Below are positions 14,269 through 28,739 of a stretch of 64,000 bases of DNA, in pieces. The DNA comes from Nageia nagi. Its lineage: Eukaryota; Plantae; Pinophyta. Under the pieces are notes generated by a model that worked only from the letters and a program-made list of their open reading frames with translations, searched no databases and was not told the DNA's origin. The position numbers were made by a program, and so were the translations under genes. Where the stretch lies: the NCBI GenBank assembly GCA_050084985.1, contig JBITNC010000002.1, positions 12,276,001-12,340,000 on the forward strand, in the 5' to 3' direction. Position 1 is the stretch's first letter. Each line of letters starts with the position of its first letter.

Positions 14269-14700
14269 ATAAATGCAACTTTTATTTTAATATTTCTAAT
14301 ACAAAATAAAAGGATTATTTTGTAATTTCTACACTTCTTTGTATAAGAGAAGAAATGTATATTAAAAAATTGCATATATATATATATGTTTGATAAAAAA
14401 ATTAACATAATATTTCCATATAGACAATTTTAAAAAATTGTAACTACTAAAAAATAGTTTTAGTAAAAAAAAGGTAGTAGTATGTAAGTATATTTCCTTT
14501 AATTAAAAAAGGATTAACTCATAACAAAGAACATGTTAGAATCATAATGAGATAATAAAAAATAGGGAAGGAATTTAGGGAATTTATACCTCCTCTTAAG
14601 TTTACCTTAACAAGGCCTCAAAATCAAAGGAAGAAGACCTCCAAGTTAAATACCTTCTAAAAGCTAAAGAAGAGCTTTCACACCATGCTATGATACCAAA

Positions 14701-15170
14701 TGAGAGAATTTAACTATAACATAAGCAACTCTAAACTCCTAAGATCACATGAAAGTTCACAAATCACAAAGATAACTGAAGATGTAAGTGGTTCCTCCAA
14801 TTAGGAGTACATCCACTAACTAGATCTCACTTCATTCATAATATGAACTCTTACAAATCTTCTAATCTCATCTCCTAAACACTATCATATAGCATAAATT
14901 TACTCCAAAATTTGGTGTGTGATAACAAAGGGGGAGCCTTCTATATATAGGCCAAAATCCCTCTTTGGATCACCCTTTTACCCAATGTACAAAGGCATGA
15001 CATGCACTCCCTTTTACCCAAGGGGCATGCTCATGACATGGAGTGTAGGACAAGTTACATTATCATATTCACTTAAATACTTAAGGTATATAATGATACC
15101 CTTAAGTATTATTGAATTTACAAAGAAGATTAATAAAAACCTTTCCAATAATGCATTATACATTCCAACA
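14701..15170 (-). repeat. 5' LTR of Copia
   Basis: Direct repeat of 6641-7111; PBS immediately internal. Confidence 0.95.
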
Positions 15171-16500
15171 TCTTATTTCTCGATTCATAGACTCTACCAT
15201 CAATAATGAATTTTACCCTAGGAACTTTCCTAGAAGTCAAACCTCTTTCTACCACTAATTTGATGATAGCTCCATGCAAGGGTAAAGGAGATCTTTCTTG
15301 ATTAAACTTTTCAATCAAAATTGCTAAATAATTGAAGATAAATAAGGGGAAGTTTACCTTATCTATCTCTGGAAAAATGAAGTGATTCAACAAGAAAAAG
15401 TGTGAATCAAGAAGAACTTTGTATCTCCCTTCCAGTGTTACATATTTGATCAGTATTGAAGCCACATCATGCCAAGGTTTGGGGATTGATTCTTGCACCA
15501 CTCTTATTTGATATTTCTCAAGGTCTTTTGATTTTATCACTTTTAGAAAAGGTCTTTTGATTTTATCACTTTTAGAAAAAAATTATCTTTAGCCTCATGT
15601 TTGTTCAATCTCCCCTATCTTCTAATCTGGAGGCCTTCATTTGGAAGCATGGTAGCCTATACTATGGTCTCAGGGTTGAATATAATCTCCTTTACATTAA
15701 CCTTACACCTACCATTCTCCCATGATTTTGCTATTGCTAGTAAAGTCTTGTCATCATGCCCTCTACATGCATTAATAAAATTCTCTAGCCCACCCTTACA
15801 AATTATATTATGCATTAATGGGTTTCTCTTGACCTCATCTAAGGAAGAAGGATCTACTCTTACTAGGTCAGCCCCCATCTTTGTAGCTTAGAAACACTCC
15901 TACTACACTTCTATCCAAATTAGTTTTGAAAATGAATACTATTTTCAACCCCCTCACCACCCTTTATAATTATGGCAATAAGTGCCTCTCATAATTGGAA
16001 GAGCATCTTACGCTTGATGGGAAAGCTTACCTAGGGTGGCTCATGACAAGGGTTTTTGGGAGTCTAGCTTGGTGTCTTGAGGTGATGCCCACTTCATCGC
16101 TAGAATTGATAGGTTAGGGATCCAATGTATCTTCTAGGAAAACTCACATTTTAGTAGGTCATATAAAAAGGATCGACATCAATCACCCTCTGTAAAGAGA
16201 TGGAGGTGCTTCATCTATTAATCTAGGCCCAATTTGAGAGAGTCTGCTAGATGGGAATTAAGTGCTTTGACATAGATAAACATTATTTTGCATGGTAGTA
16301 TGAGTAGGTATCTTGAGTCCTTATGGTGAGTCATTAATCCATTGGATATCTTCATCTATTGATGTACTATTATTATTATTATATGGGTCATATGTATATA
16401 TTGTTATAGTTTATTTCTTATCCATGATGTAGAGTTTATATTATTATTATTATTATAAATATATATTTCATACAAATTATACTATTGCATCTTATAAGTT

Positions 16501-16792
16501 TTATTTTTTTTTATTTTTTTATAACTAGAGGTGTCAGCTAGAGCTAGTAATCCTCTTCGAGTTGTGATCCTTCCCTCAAATCACATGACTCAGGTAAAAC
16601 ATAGGTTCTTTTCTCGGGTGAGACTTTTTACATGAGGCTTTTTATCTGGGCCCCATAAACCAATCATAATACATCTAAAATGCATATAAATTGTAGCCAC
16701 ATAATACCACTAGGTAGCCATCATGGGGATTCAAACTTGCAACCTCCTCCCACCTATTTGAATCACTTTACCACCATGATGTCCCCATCGGA
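16501..16792 (-). mobile_element. tRNA-derived SINE
   Basis: 20-bp TSD actattgcatcttataagtt (16481-16500) / actattgcatcctataagtt (16793-16812); poly(T) on + at ~16499-16520; minus-strand head with A-box-like catggtggtaaag and B-box-like gtttgaatccc. Confidence 0.85.
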
Positions 16793-16819
16793 ACTATTGC
16801 ATCCTATAAGTTATTCCAT

Positions 16820-17620
16820 TGTATTCTTATTAATTTTCTATTTTTGACCTATTCTTGTACGGTTCTTCTTATTATTTTTATTTTACTTGTCCTAATATAT
16901 GTAGTATGCCATATTTTCATATTGCATATTGGATATGTAATTATAAGTGTAAAGCTTGAAAATAATCTTACTATTGTTAAGTTAGAACATAAATATGTTT
17001 AAATATGCTTGTGATTAGTTTTAACCCAAGTAAATTGCATTCCAAATATTGGATGAAGTTATGAAATTCATATGTAGATTTTCTTGAGATTCATGGTGTT
17101 GATAAGGGATTTATGTCTATTGTCTCTAGTTAATATATTCCTTATATAACATTTTCTATCATGAAATGTAGTCAATTTACCTTGAGAAATACATCACATA
17201 AATTAAATTCCTTTAGATTTATTTTCTTATTATAATATGTAATTAATATATTTTAATGTAATTTGAGACCTTTTATTACATTAATTCATACTTCATCAAG
17301 TGCTTTGATTTGATATAATCTTAATTATATATAAATTTTCACTAATTGTGCTAAGTGATATATAAAGTGATCAAACTTATCAATCAAGTGGCACCATTAG
17401 TTTAATATGATATACTAATAAATATGATATGGATCTAAGAAAGTATATTCTTATTTATTTCACTCATATCATGCTACAAAGTGGTGATATGGACTCATGA
17501 AAGCCTATAATCAATTTTCTAAATGGTATTTAGTGCAAGTTGTAATAATAACTTCCTAGTTCTATTTGGATTTCCATTCAATGATAATTAATTCACATCA
17601 TTCATCACATTACAATATAA
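16820..17620 (+). repeat. Downstream part of unit A, paralogous to 31960-32680
   Basis: Collinear homology, e.g. gaaaataatcttactattgtt, caagtaaattgcatt, gtgttgataagggatttatgtc, tgagaccttttatt. Confidence 0.85.
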
Positions 17621-18796
17621 ATAATATCAATCATAAGATGCACATGCAAGGTATAATTCTATACTAAATAGTTAGCTAACTATTCTTTCTAGAATACCAA
17701 TATTGGTCTTATTTATTTTTTATCTACTACTTTATGACTAGTAAGTCATTTGTCATTTTATGTGACATATGTAAAAAATTATTTATTTATTTTTCTTGAA
17801 TAAATTTGAATAACATAAAATAATATTTTATGGTAATTCAAAATTGAAAATAGTACAATCAATAATGAAACTAGTAATATTAATACTTCAATCTATTATG
17901 ATATTAAAAGAGTAAATTTATCACCTTATGTATATGGAGGATTCACTTTTTCTAACAAGAATTCATGAATCTTTATATAGAAATAAGTCATGCTAAGATA
18001 ATTGATTTTTATTCTTGTAATGTTTAATATATGAGGTTTATATGCTTTTGACTATTATCATAATTCTATAAAATAACCTTCAACCTCTTCTTCTAGTAGA
18101 TTAAAACTAGGTTTCTAGGGGTGCATGAAAATGCCTCGCTAACTGTATAATCATTAGTGCTTGTATTTGAGTATGTTATTTCTCTTCATCTAATTTGGAA
18201 ATTCAATAACAAAAAAATTATTTAAAATAAAAGTTATAATTGATGCATCATACCAATATTCAGAGATGAACTCTTCAAGTTGCTCCCAACTAGGGCATTT
18301 CCCCCATACATTACATATGATGGCATTCTTGTGTAGCTAGTAATTATCTAATTTTGAGTCAATATCTTCAATCATGAATTTAGGGGGCATTTCCATCCCC
18401 ATCACTATGCTCTTGAGCTTGATTATTCTAATGAGTGTCAAAGCAAAAAGAGGGCCTCCAATTCCTTATTTTTGATACTCTCTTGAGATGATGTTAATTG
18501 CCAATCGCATTCATGCTCCTGACTTCATTTAGGGATCTCTCTAAAAATGGCTCTAAGATGCCATCCTTGATATGTACTATTATAAGTGGATCTGACCTTG
18601 GCTAGGGCATCACTCTATAGCCCTTCCTTTTGATGCCCTACCTTCACATTATTCTCACAATGATTTTTCTCCAACCCCTAAAATATATCTAAAATTATTA
18701 TTCTAATAATTTACTATAATTTATTATAATCATAATTATCTATATTGTATATGAAAATAATATTATTTCTTAACTATTTTAGAATATAAAATATAA

Positions 18797-19440
18797 GGGT
18801 CTGTGCAAGAAGTTGAGTCCACATAAAGTGGAAGTTTTAGTACATTAAATATTTTCAAATTAAAGTATTATTTTTTAATTTTTTTTTTTTGATACTTTTG
18901 AAAAAAATAATTATACAAGAACAAGCTATAGATAATTCTCTATAAAATTAAAAAAAAAATAATTTGAAAAATTGATAAGTTTAGATCAAATTATGCATGC
19001 CGAACATGAGTAGTTTTTGAAATAACAATCATGACCAATGAAAAATTAATTAAAAATAAAAAAATGAAAAAATTATAAACAAATATATATGAAGATGTTG
19101 AATATCTTAGGTATCTTTTTCCAAAAGGATTTTTAAAAATACTTTGATTTAGGTCAAATTATGCTTATCGGACATGTGCTTGGTATGGTCCTAAAATAAT
19201 ATATTTAAAAAAGGATTTTTATTCATACCTATAATAATTTAATTTATATCATCTAAGTATTAAAATAAATTACATATTTGAAAATTAGACTTCGAGCATT
19301 ACATTTTCATATTTTTGACCTTTTTCAAGATTCCATGTCTAAGTGCTTCAAATTTTGAGATCAATTGTGATAAAACTTGAAAATCAAGAAAACACTTCCA
19401 CTTTTTGACCATAAAGTGGACCAATTTATTGTACTAACTT
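18797..19440 (-). mobile_element. Non-autonomous TIR DNA transposon, GGGTCAGTGCAAGAAG family (copy 2, internally deleted)
   Basis: Left TIR gggtctgtgcaagaagttgagtccac; right TIR gtggaccaatttattgtactaactt; homologous to 5440-6011. Confidence 0.75.
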
Positions 19441-20158
19441 GTAACAATATTAGGTGTTCCCTTTTCAATGATAATTTATTACATGCTTCTATTTATTAGT
19501 GGTATTATAAATTAAATAATACGACTATCATACAAATTTTATAATTAAACATTAATGATGCAACAATGATCTTAATATAACTGAAGATCTTATTACAATA
19601 AGAACAACAATACAAACTAAGAAACTCTCATGTATAAGAAAGTAATATATATTTGGTTATTTAGTGAGGAGAGCCCTAAACAACACCAAGAAAGCCTTTT
19701 TGTAATAAAATCAAAACCTTCTCTTTATTTAAATAAGTGATCATGAATATAATACAACATTTTCAAATAATTATGTGACTTAACTATGAAATTAGTACTC
19801 AAAAGAATATTTCTTACCTTAGTACGTCATAATAACATGAACTTGCAAACTTATTATTAACTTTCCCATGTTGGCTATTAGAAAATTAATTCTTAACCAC
19901 CAAATTAGCTTACTTGCTAACTTTCTCATCTTTAAAAACATTCAAGGTACTTTTTAAAAATATCAATAAGATACAACATAGGTGTTTCTCTATTTATCAT
20001 TTTAATAATTTACACTTGAAAAGTCAATACTTGTATTTCACATCACAACTCTATAGAAATCCTACTTATTTTAATTTAATATTCGTATACCATATAACCC
20101 TTTAGATATTTTGTATAATATATTTTCTAGATATTACATGTGGATCTTTTCTCCACTT

Positions 20159-23100
20159 TGTTTTTGTAAATAAAAAAATGTTGATATTATTTGAGAGGCT
20201 AGATTACAATATAACTCTAGAATTCAAACTGAGAGAGCTTGGATAGAGTTCAAGGAGCATCATATAATATGAAAATGAATTTATGTAACAATTTTGGATA
20301 GGAATGTAGTCGATTTTGCAACTCAATAGGAGTTGGAACTTCTGCTATAAAGTATATTGTCAAGTGGATGACCTCAATTACTTAGCCAAGTAGATTCAAA
20401 AGAATTATTGAGATTGCTGAACCCTTGTGAGGATTGTCAAATGAAAAATATATGTTGTACTCTAGAGATATTGTATTGTAATATCTCTAAAATTAAGGAT
20501 ACAACTATATGAAAGATGATAAAGGAAAGAATTTGAGCTCCCTTGACATCCACTAAAACCAATAGCTCATTCTAACCCTACCATTCTTGGAGGATATTAC
20601 CCTCTAATTATTTGAATGTGATGGAAGTTTCTATAATGTTTACTTGGTAGGATTTTAAGCTCATTAATAGACTTGTGTAACTTCTAATACCTACTTCCTA
20701 GGATGGGGGAAGAGAATTTAAAAAATACACTCCACTATAGCCCACTTTCAATTTTAGCATACCAGGATGTGCTTCATCAGTATTGCAATATTTCATTGGG
20801 GCTACTTTAGGTGGAAGATATGTTTTGGATAACTGACTATTGATTGTTGGCCAAGCATGAATTAGGATAAATTATTATTGAGAGATAAAAGGAATTGGGA
20901 TGTTGGCATCCAATATATATGCCAACTACTTCTCAATTATGACCTATAGCATTTCCACCTCCATTGATAAATTTTAGAAAGTTCATCCATTCCACTCAAT
21001 CCATATTGACCAAATGATCATTGCAGGAGCTACATTCCATAGGGTATTGAATGGTTTACTATAGTGGGGAATTGACATATTAGGATAAGATCACCAAATG
21101 TAGGAGTAAAATAATTCATAGAGAACTTAGTTAGGAATTTTCCCCACACCTGAATTGAGTAGGATCAAGTGATCAATAAGTGGAAATTAGTCTCCTTTGC
21201 TGCACCATAAATGACACAACAACTAGGTCCACACTAGCCTCATTTGGACAAATTTTCCCAAGGGAGTAACTTGCTATGGATGACGGTCCATAAAAGGAAC
21301 ATGGATTCCTTAGATTTCCAAACTCTTTACCAAACTTGATGGGGTAGTCAGATTAACCTTATGGAGAGATTGCTTGGTATGCGGAGTTGACAAAGTAGTC
21401 TCCAAAGGGTGTTAGAGTGCATCTTAGTTTATCTTCTTGCTTTATAGTTATTAGTTAATGGAGGCTTAGAAAAGCTAGGAGTTGTTGAGATTCTTATTGA
21501 AGTTCAACTGGAAGGGTGGCAAAGGATTTCCATTTTTTAGTTTATCTACTTGAATTAATGACCCAGGACCAGTAATTAGAGACATTACCATCCCAATGAA
21601 GATTAATATAACTTTGAATATTATTAAAGGATTGAGATACAAATAAAGGTGTGGAAATGAGCCAAGCATCATCCCAAAAATATGTTTGGATTCTTGATCC
21701 TACTTGCCATTTGAGAGATGAAAGAACATGGCCTCTAGCCTTCTAGATACCATTCCATACTAGGGAGCCCTAAGGATTATTCACCATTGCAAATATTCTC
21801 TTAGGAGTTAGGTTGTATAAATATTTAATATAGATGGATTGGATCCATTGGGAGGAGTGGTTGGAGTATATCCTCCAATCTAACTTGCCTAGGAGGGAAA
21901 AATTCATGTTGCACAGATTTGTAATTCACCTTTAGATTTAAGTTGATATAAGGTTTTTGAAGCTACTAAATGGATCTTATGAGTATCAGAGGAGCCATGC
22001 TAAAGGAATTCACACATTAAGGCTCCCATATTGTCTAATATTTTCTATGGAACCTAAAAGAATGATAGCCAAAATATAGGAATGTCACTCAAGACATAGT
22101 GGATTTTCAATAAGAGGCCTAATGAGGTGAGCCATTTAGCTTTTCATATATACAATTTTCCTTGCATTATAGTTATTAGTGTATCCTAGAAGTTTTTAAA
22201 AGTTTCCTCCTTAGATAAGAGACATGCCCAAGTAGGATTTGGGAAGTTTATCAATGAATATTCCAATATAGAGGTTGATTATATTAAAGTATTGTAATGA
22301 CAGATTGAGACCAAATATAAATTTTTAATTTAGAATGATTAATTTCTTTTCTTGAAACATGCTCATACAATATGAGAAAATCTATGATACTGATTATTTC
22401 ATTTTGAATGGGAAGGATGGTCAATAAGGTATCATTCACAAATTGTGAATGGGTGATAGGGGGAGTATTTCCATTTATTTTCAGACCTTGAATCTTACTA
22501 TCTAATTATATTAGTTTTAGTCCTCTACCTAGAACATTTGAAAGGATACTAAATAAGTGCATAGATAAAGGATTGCCTTATCATAACCCCCTTCTAGTAC
22601 ATCATTTATTGGAATTGATAATTGGGGGGCAATAATAAGGGAGAAAATCCAATTTAACTATTTATCATAAAACCTAAATTTTTCCATAATTTGAAGAAGA
22701 AAAGACCAATTTCCATTGTTAAATGCCTCAGTCATGTCTAGTTTGAGAAATAGACCTTTTCCCCTATGATGATTTATGGACTGGATTAACTCATGGTTAA
22801 AAATCACTCCATTAAGAAGGTTCTTAACCTTGATAAAGGCTTTTTGTTCCTTTTTAGTGAGGAATGATTTCAACCAATTAGCAACCACTTTTGATATCAC
22901 TTTATAAATCATGTTGCATAAGGAGATAGGTTGAAAACAAGTGATGGATTTAGCCTCCTTGATATTTGGGATGAGAGCCAAGAAGGTGTGATTAATTTTT
23001 TAAGAATTTTCTTATATTTGAAAGATTCTTGCACAACTGGAATAATTTCATCTTGAAGGAGGTACCAAAAATGCTAAAAAAACCTAAGAGAGAAACCATT

Positions 23101-26075
23101 GGAGCCTAGGGAACCAAAAGGCTTGAGCTGGAATAGAACACTTTCAACTTCCATATTTGTGATTAGGCTTGTTAAGGATTGGTTTTGAAAATCTATGACC
23201 AATTTTGGAATGATATTAAGAAGGTGAGATTGGGATGCATCTCATTGCTACTCAAGTTCAATGAGAAGATTTTGGAAGTAGGAGACCACATGGTTATCTA
23301 TTTTAGTGGGTTCATTAAGGATGAAGCCTTGTTCATTTTCCAGGGAGGAGATCCTATTATGAGATTGGTGGTCCATGGTAGTGATGTGAAAGTATGTTGT
23401 ATTTTTATTCCCCTCCTTTAGCCATTAGACTCTAGATTTTTGTTTCTTAAATATTTCTTCATTCAAGATTACTTTTTGAAGCTGTTGAAGTAGAAGGCAT
23501 TCTTGCTCGACTAAATGGTATTATTTTTGAATTAGTTGGGTTTCTATATGGATCAACTACTCCTCTATACAAACTCTTATTAAAGTGAAATCACCAAGGG
23601 AATATTTATTTCAAGCTTTAAGTTTAAGTTTCAAGCATTGCAGTTTAATGAAAAAGTCTACATTATTGTGCCATAGATGAGCCTTTCTTCATTCCACCAT
23701 TCCTAAACATGATCATTAAAAAAATCATAGTTGAGCCACATCTTTTGGAAGTGAAAGGGTGTGATCAATGGTTTGTAAGAAGCCACCAAAGATATTGAAA
23801 CCAACCAATGATCACCCTCCATATGGGAGCACTTTAGTTTGCATAGTATGTTCACTTTTGATCTAACTCAAGTAGACTAAAAAGTAATCTAGTTTCTCAA
23901 GAATAGCTTGAGGCCTAGGCCTTTTGTTTGACCAAGTATAGAGACCATTTACATTAATAGGCTCAAATAGGATTTGATCACTAATAAAAGCATTGAAATC
24001 CTCTACAATAGGCTCTAGCTTTCTAATCCCTCCTTATTTCTCCATAAAATTATTGATAACATTGAAGTCACCACCAAGGATGCAATGGAGGTCGCCTTGT
24101 TCATTCAATAAAGTGGATAATTGATGTTAGAGTTAATTTTCTATTCTTGATGTTAAGGCCCATATATGTTTACTAGAATTAAGGTCTTCCCTATAGTTAT
24201 AATCCTTACTTTAACAACCAACCAATGCTAAGAAGAGTGAACCAAGGTGTAGTTGATTTGGGAGTGGTCTCAACAAGTAAGAAACCCACCTGAGAGGCCA
24301 ATTGTAAGACTTACCACTATAGAGTTGTGAGGCCAAAATTTATTTAAGAGCTTAACTAGATCTTTTTTATAGGTTTTGGTTTCTTGTAACATAAGGATAG
24401 CCAATTTTTCTATGGTTATTAGATGTTTTACCATTCCTAAGTGTTAGGGGAATGGAGGCCTCAAATATTCCAAGTGATGTATTTCATTAAGATAATATTT
24501 AGAGTTTATTATTCTCCTAAAGAGCTTCTAATTAGGGCTAGGAACCTATTTCTACATCCTCCCTAATAAATTGCTGAAGGGAATCCATAAACATTAGTCA
24601 GATAGGCTCTTTAGGAAGTTTAGAGATAGAGGATTTTAAGGACTTAGGTGTTTGTTTCAAAGGGGGGATTTTCTTAGAAATAACATACTGGGTTTTAAGG
24701 TGGTTTTCTAAGGGTTTAGGTTAAAGGATATCACCCAAAGGAAGAGGGTTTGGAGTCTCCTCCATAGAATGGTCAGTTCCTTGGAGTGGGTGGGGGGGGC
24801 ACTACATGCTAGGGATTAAAGAGGATTGGATTGGAAAATCAATATGAATAAGAGTGGTTACTAATAGAGGGGGATTTCAAAGTTCAAAAAGAAGAATCTA
24901 AATATAATCCTTTTTCCTTTTGAAGAAGAACTACGATTTCAAAGAATGGGGGAGCTTCTTACATTTCAATTAGCTCCTTAGGTTGTAAACATTTAAATTG
25001 ATTATGGAGAAGTATAATTAGAAGGGGATTATTTTTTACTTACATGGGATTTGCATTTAGGCAATTGAAATGAGTCTATAGATGGGACATCAGGAGGACA
25101 TATTGTAATTGCCTAAGGATAACCTCAAGCCATGTCACCATATTTTGAGAATATTATACATATGAATGGGATACTTTCATAGACTATGAGTTGATCCCAT
25201 TCCAAACTATCATTAAGGATATAAATATGCACTTGAGTTGGTAAAGAATCTTCTAGGTCCATATGGACACATATGTGGGTGTATGATAGGGCCTTATGCT
25301 TATGAGTGTGATATGAGGAGAAGAGGTACAACCTAATGAAATTTCTTATTTATTTTATAGCCTTTTCATTCCAAAGACTAGTTGGGAGATATGTCAATCT
25401 AACCCAAATAGGGGCTTCAGTTGGTCTTCCCACTCTGTGTTGGAAGTTGAAATGCCACAATTTCATGAATGAACTAGATCTATCAAAAAACCATGGGCTA
25501 CCTTGGAAAATGTTATTCTTGTCTTCCTTTGTCCTAAAGAGTGCAAGAAATTACCCATTGGAGTAGTGGCTAACTATGACCTCTCCCTTGGTATCCCAAG
25601 ATCATGCAACCCATCCTTTAATATCTTGTTGGTGAATCCTAGAACCTAAGAAGCGATAAATGAGACCCAATTTCGTAAGAATTTCTATACTACTGGTGAT
25701 TATTTAGCTTTTGATCTCTATCCTTGGTGTTATAGAGGAGGCTTTTAGGAACCCATTCTCATTTTTATTGGGGTTTTATTGAGAGCTTGCATGCATTGAA
25801 AAAGTTTCTTCAAGGCTAGGGAACAAAGTGTATTCAAAGGATTTTTCTTGACCACATTATAGTAGGAGAGCCTTTGAGAAATGTTGGTTAGGTTTTGGTT
25901 GGAAGCTGAAGAGAATTGGTGTTGTGAGGAATAAGAAGAGCCCTTGGGGATCGATTCCATGCACCCAACAATAGAGAAAGAGAGTTATTACTTTTTAGAA
26001 ACCTTAAGAATTACAAATCCAAGTATATTCTTTGTCCCCAAGATATTATCTCCAAGTAGGTTTTGTTATTGAACT
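20159..26075 (-). mobile_element. Full-length degenerate L1-type LINE (ORF1 + EN-RT-RNase H)
   Basis: Perfect 21-bp TSD atgtggatcttttctccactt at 20138-20158 and 26076-26096; T-tract at the 3' end; ORF1 from ~25960; ORF2 starts MKYITWNI at 24487; ILGGDFN endonuclease motif; RT PISLCNMIYKVISKV and KLDMTEAF; QGNPLS; RNase H CNTDEA. Confidence 0.93.
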
Positions 26076-26979
26076 ATGTGGATCTTTTCTCCACTTACCA
26101 TGACTTACTTTTGCATTTACTTTTATTCTTTAATATTTATCTCTTTATTCACCAAACACTATTTACTTCAACTAATCATTTCTTTATATTAACTTATACT
26201 TTCTAATTAATTCTAACAACTTATAGTCCTTATAGTATACTTGTACTATGTATTGTATACTAACTGTTGGTACATTTCTATTTCCTTACTTCGACTATAT
26301 CATTATTCCTTTATTCTGACATAGTAGATCATTGGTGGCATTATTATCTAGCATAATAAGTTTAATGCTAGATAATAGAGTTACTTAGAGATAATAATAT
26401 ATTTTTATAAGAAAAAAACTACAACAATATCATCTCTTCTTAGTTTCAACTCTCTTCAAATTAAGAAGCTCAACAAAAGCTTGAAATGTTTTTAACTTAT
26501 TACATGGTTTATCCACCTAGATACTAGAGTATCATTAAATTATTCAAGTGTGTATATTCCATTATCTTGTACAATAATGATCCAGTATGGTGAACTCCAC
26601 TTTGATAATAGATTGCTTTATTATCCTCTTATGATGTTTGGAATCATATACCATGACCAAGTCAACCTTGAATGAAGATTATTTCAACATCTTATCAAAA
26701 TATTATTACTTGATTTTTTTTTTAAAAATAGACTCATTAGTTTTCTAGAGCTTTGATCTCAAAAGAATAAGAGTTATAAAAAAATCAAACATCTTTGATT
26801 GAAGGTCTTGAGCATATGTTACAATGATTTATATTTGAATTATTTCATTTTTTTAATTATTAATTTTACTTGTAGTATCATGGTGACATCGCTAATTAGA
26901 ACTCTTACAACATCGATGGCTTACTCCTTAACACATTCATTGACTTATATTATAATTAGATTAAGAAATGTTGGCAATT

Positions 26980-28125
26980 TATGTAGTAGAGTATTATATC
27001 GATCTTGGAGGCTTCTGAGAAGTATTTGATTAAGTTTAGACCTCAAGCCGACTATAACCAAGTGAGGACCTGATTATGGAAAATGACATGAAAGTTAATG
27101 ATATCGTTCAACAAGAAAAGGGGTTAGTGACATACTTAGTGGTAAAATACTTTTTTTGGAGGACAAGATGAACTATCAATGATATTTTAAGGTATCTTTG
27201 ACTCTCAGTAATCATATTGTAGGTGAAAAGATGACATCTATAAGGTTAAATATCCATGAAAAACTAGTAGAAGGTGCTTTTGGAGAGAGTTTTTTTATGT
27301 TCTTTGGTTGTAGTGAAGGCTTTGCAACTAAAGAATGTTGGAGAGATTTGTCAAAAGTTTATCTTCGAGTATTGGAGGTTGTTGGAGATGTATTGTATAA
27401 AATAGTAGCACTCTAGCTTATTATAATTGTATGCTTCATTGTTGATTAATATAAATCAAAGATCAAGTTGAAAGTTGATGTTTCCTCATAATGGGATTTA
27501 CCACTATAAATACCTATGTTATTTTATATGTATGTATTATTTGATAGATCATATGTTGTTATCGTAAACAGTTTTTGGGTTATTGCTCACATAAAAAATA
27601 AGAATGAAAATTAACATTGTAAAATATTAAAAATTTGTATTTAATATATCTAAAAAAATATAAGTTACTAGTAATTATAGATTGCATCATATCAGAGCTA
27701 AGTTCATTTAGAAGGCTTGTGTATGCAGGAAAAAAGATCTTAGAATTTGGAACTAGTTCAATATAACCCTAAAATTGGAAAAAAGAAGCCAAATACTACC
27801 ATGGATGAAGAATAAAACCATCTAAAGATGAATATTTTAGAAGATTCATTAATATGAAGAGTAATCTTGCCTAACTTGTCATATTGATTTAAGGAAAACA
27901 TCTTCAAATTGGGGAGTAGCAATAAACTAAGAAAATCGAAAGAACCTTATATGGTTCAAACCCTTCTTCGATGTCTTTCAAGGTTGAAGCTAAAGTTGAA
28001 ATTCCTACTTTTGGAGAAGTTAGTGTCAAGAAGTTGGACAATTGGTTGAAGTAGTTGGAGGTTTACTTCCAATTTTAATATGCAACCAATGGTAAAGAGG
28101 AATTCTCTTTTGCTAGGCTAAGAAT
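26980..28125 (+). mobile_element. Truncated Ty3/Gypsy remnant (LTR-PBS-gag start)
   Basis: LTR-like end ttgca at 27686; degenerate PBS tcatatcagagc at 27687-27698; gag fragment FKVEAKVEIPTFGEVSVKKLDNWLK*LEVYF at ~27975-28070. Left boundary uncertain. Confidence 0.65.
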
Positions 28126-28739
28126 CATTTTACAAATAAACTCTTAATAAACTTGCACTATATTTAATATAAACATATCTTGAGTGTCATTATTCCCTTT
28201 TTGTAGCCAAATGATTATATGAACTCCATAAGTGTATATTCCCCTTGTTGTAATCTTCCCTGTTTTCTTAGTTATATTTCTACTTTCCAATTTAATCTCA
28301 TCTTTAAATTTATAAAAACTCAATCAAATGAATCAATTTGATCTAGATTCTTCTCAATATTGAAGTTGGTTTGTAGATAAATCTAATTCGTTTCCTTTTC
28401 TATGTTTTTCTTCTAATCAATTATAAATAGAAGGATTTCTTTTAGCTCATTTTTTTTGATGTAAAATTGGTTTGTATTAAAAATTAAAATACTTGCAAAA
28501 AAAAGAGTTGAATGATTTAACTTCCACTTTGATAGAATGATGAATAAATTTTTTTATTTAGATAAAATTAAAATGATTTAAATATGATTAACAGTAAATC
28601 AATAGTTTATAAATTTTTATGCTATTTACATAAATAATCACAATAAATTATTTTGGAGAGCATTAAGATGCATCAACAAAGCATTGTAGATTACATTAAG
28701 TTATCTCTAATTGCTGCTCCCATAAGAAAATCTAATGGA

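Larger units (their letters stand above)
6641..15170 (-). mobile_element. Full-length degenerate Ty1/Copia LTR retrotransposon
   Basis: LTRs 6641-7111 and 14701-15170 (TG...CA, ~93% identical by eye); 5-bp TSD TCTTA at 6636-6640 and 15171-15175; PBS for tRNA-iMet at 14687-14698; PPT next to 7111; gag-PR-INT-RT-RH domain order. Confidence 0.97.
3835..16330 (-). mobile_element. Degenerate single-ORF poly(A)-tailed element (~3 kb once nested inserts are removed); host of the Copia and a TIR element
   Basis: Minus-strand ORF fragments 15878-15657 (MGADLVRVDP...) and 15540-15176 appear to continue across the Copia TSD into 6635-6012 and 4909-~4140; T-rich tract ~3830-3845; interrupts unit A/B homology; no RT motifs seen. 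Confidence 0.5.
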
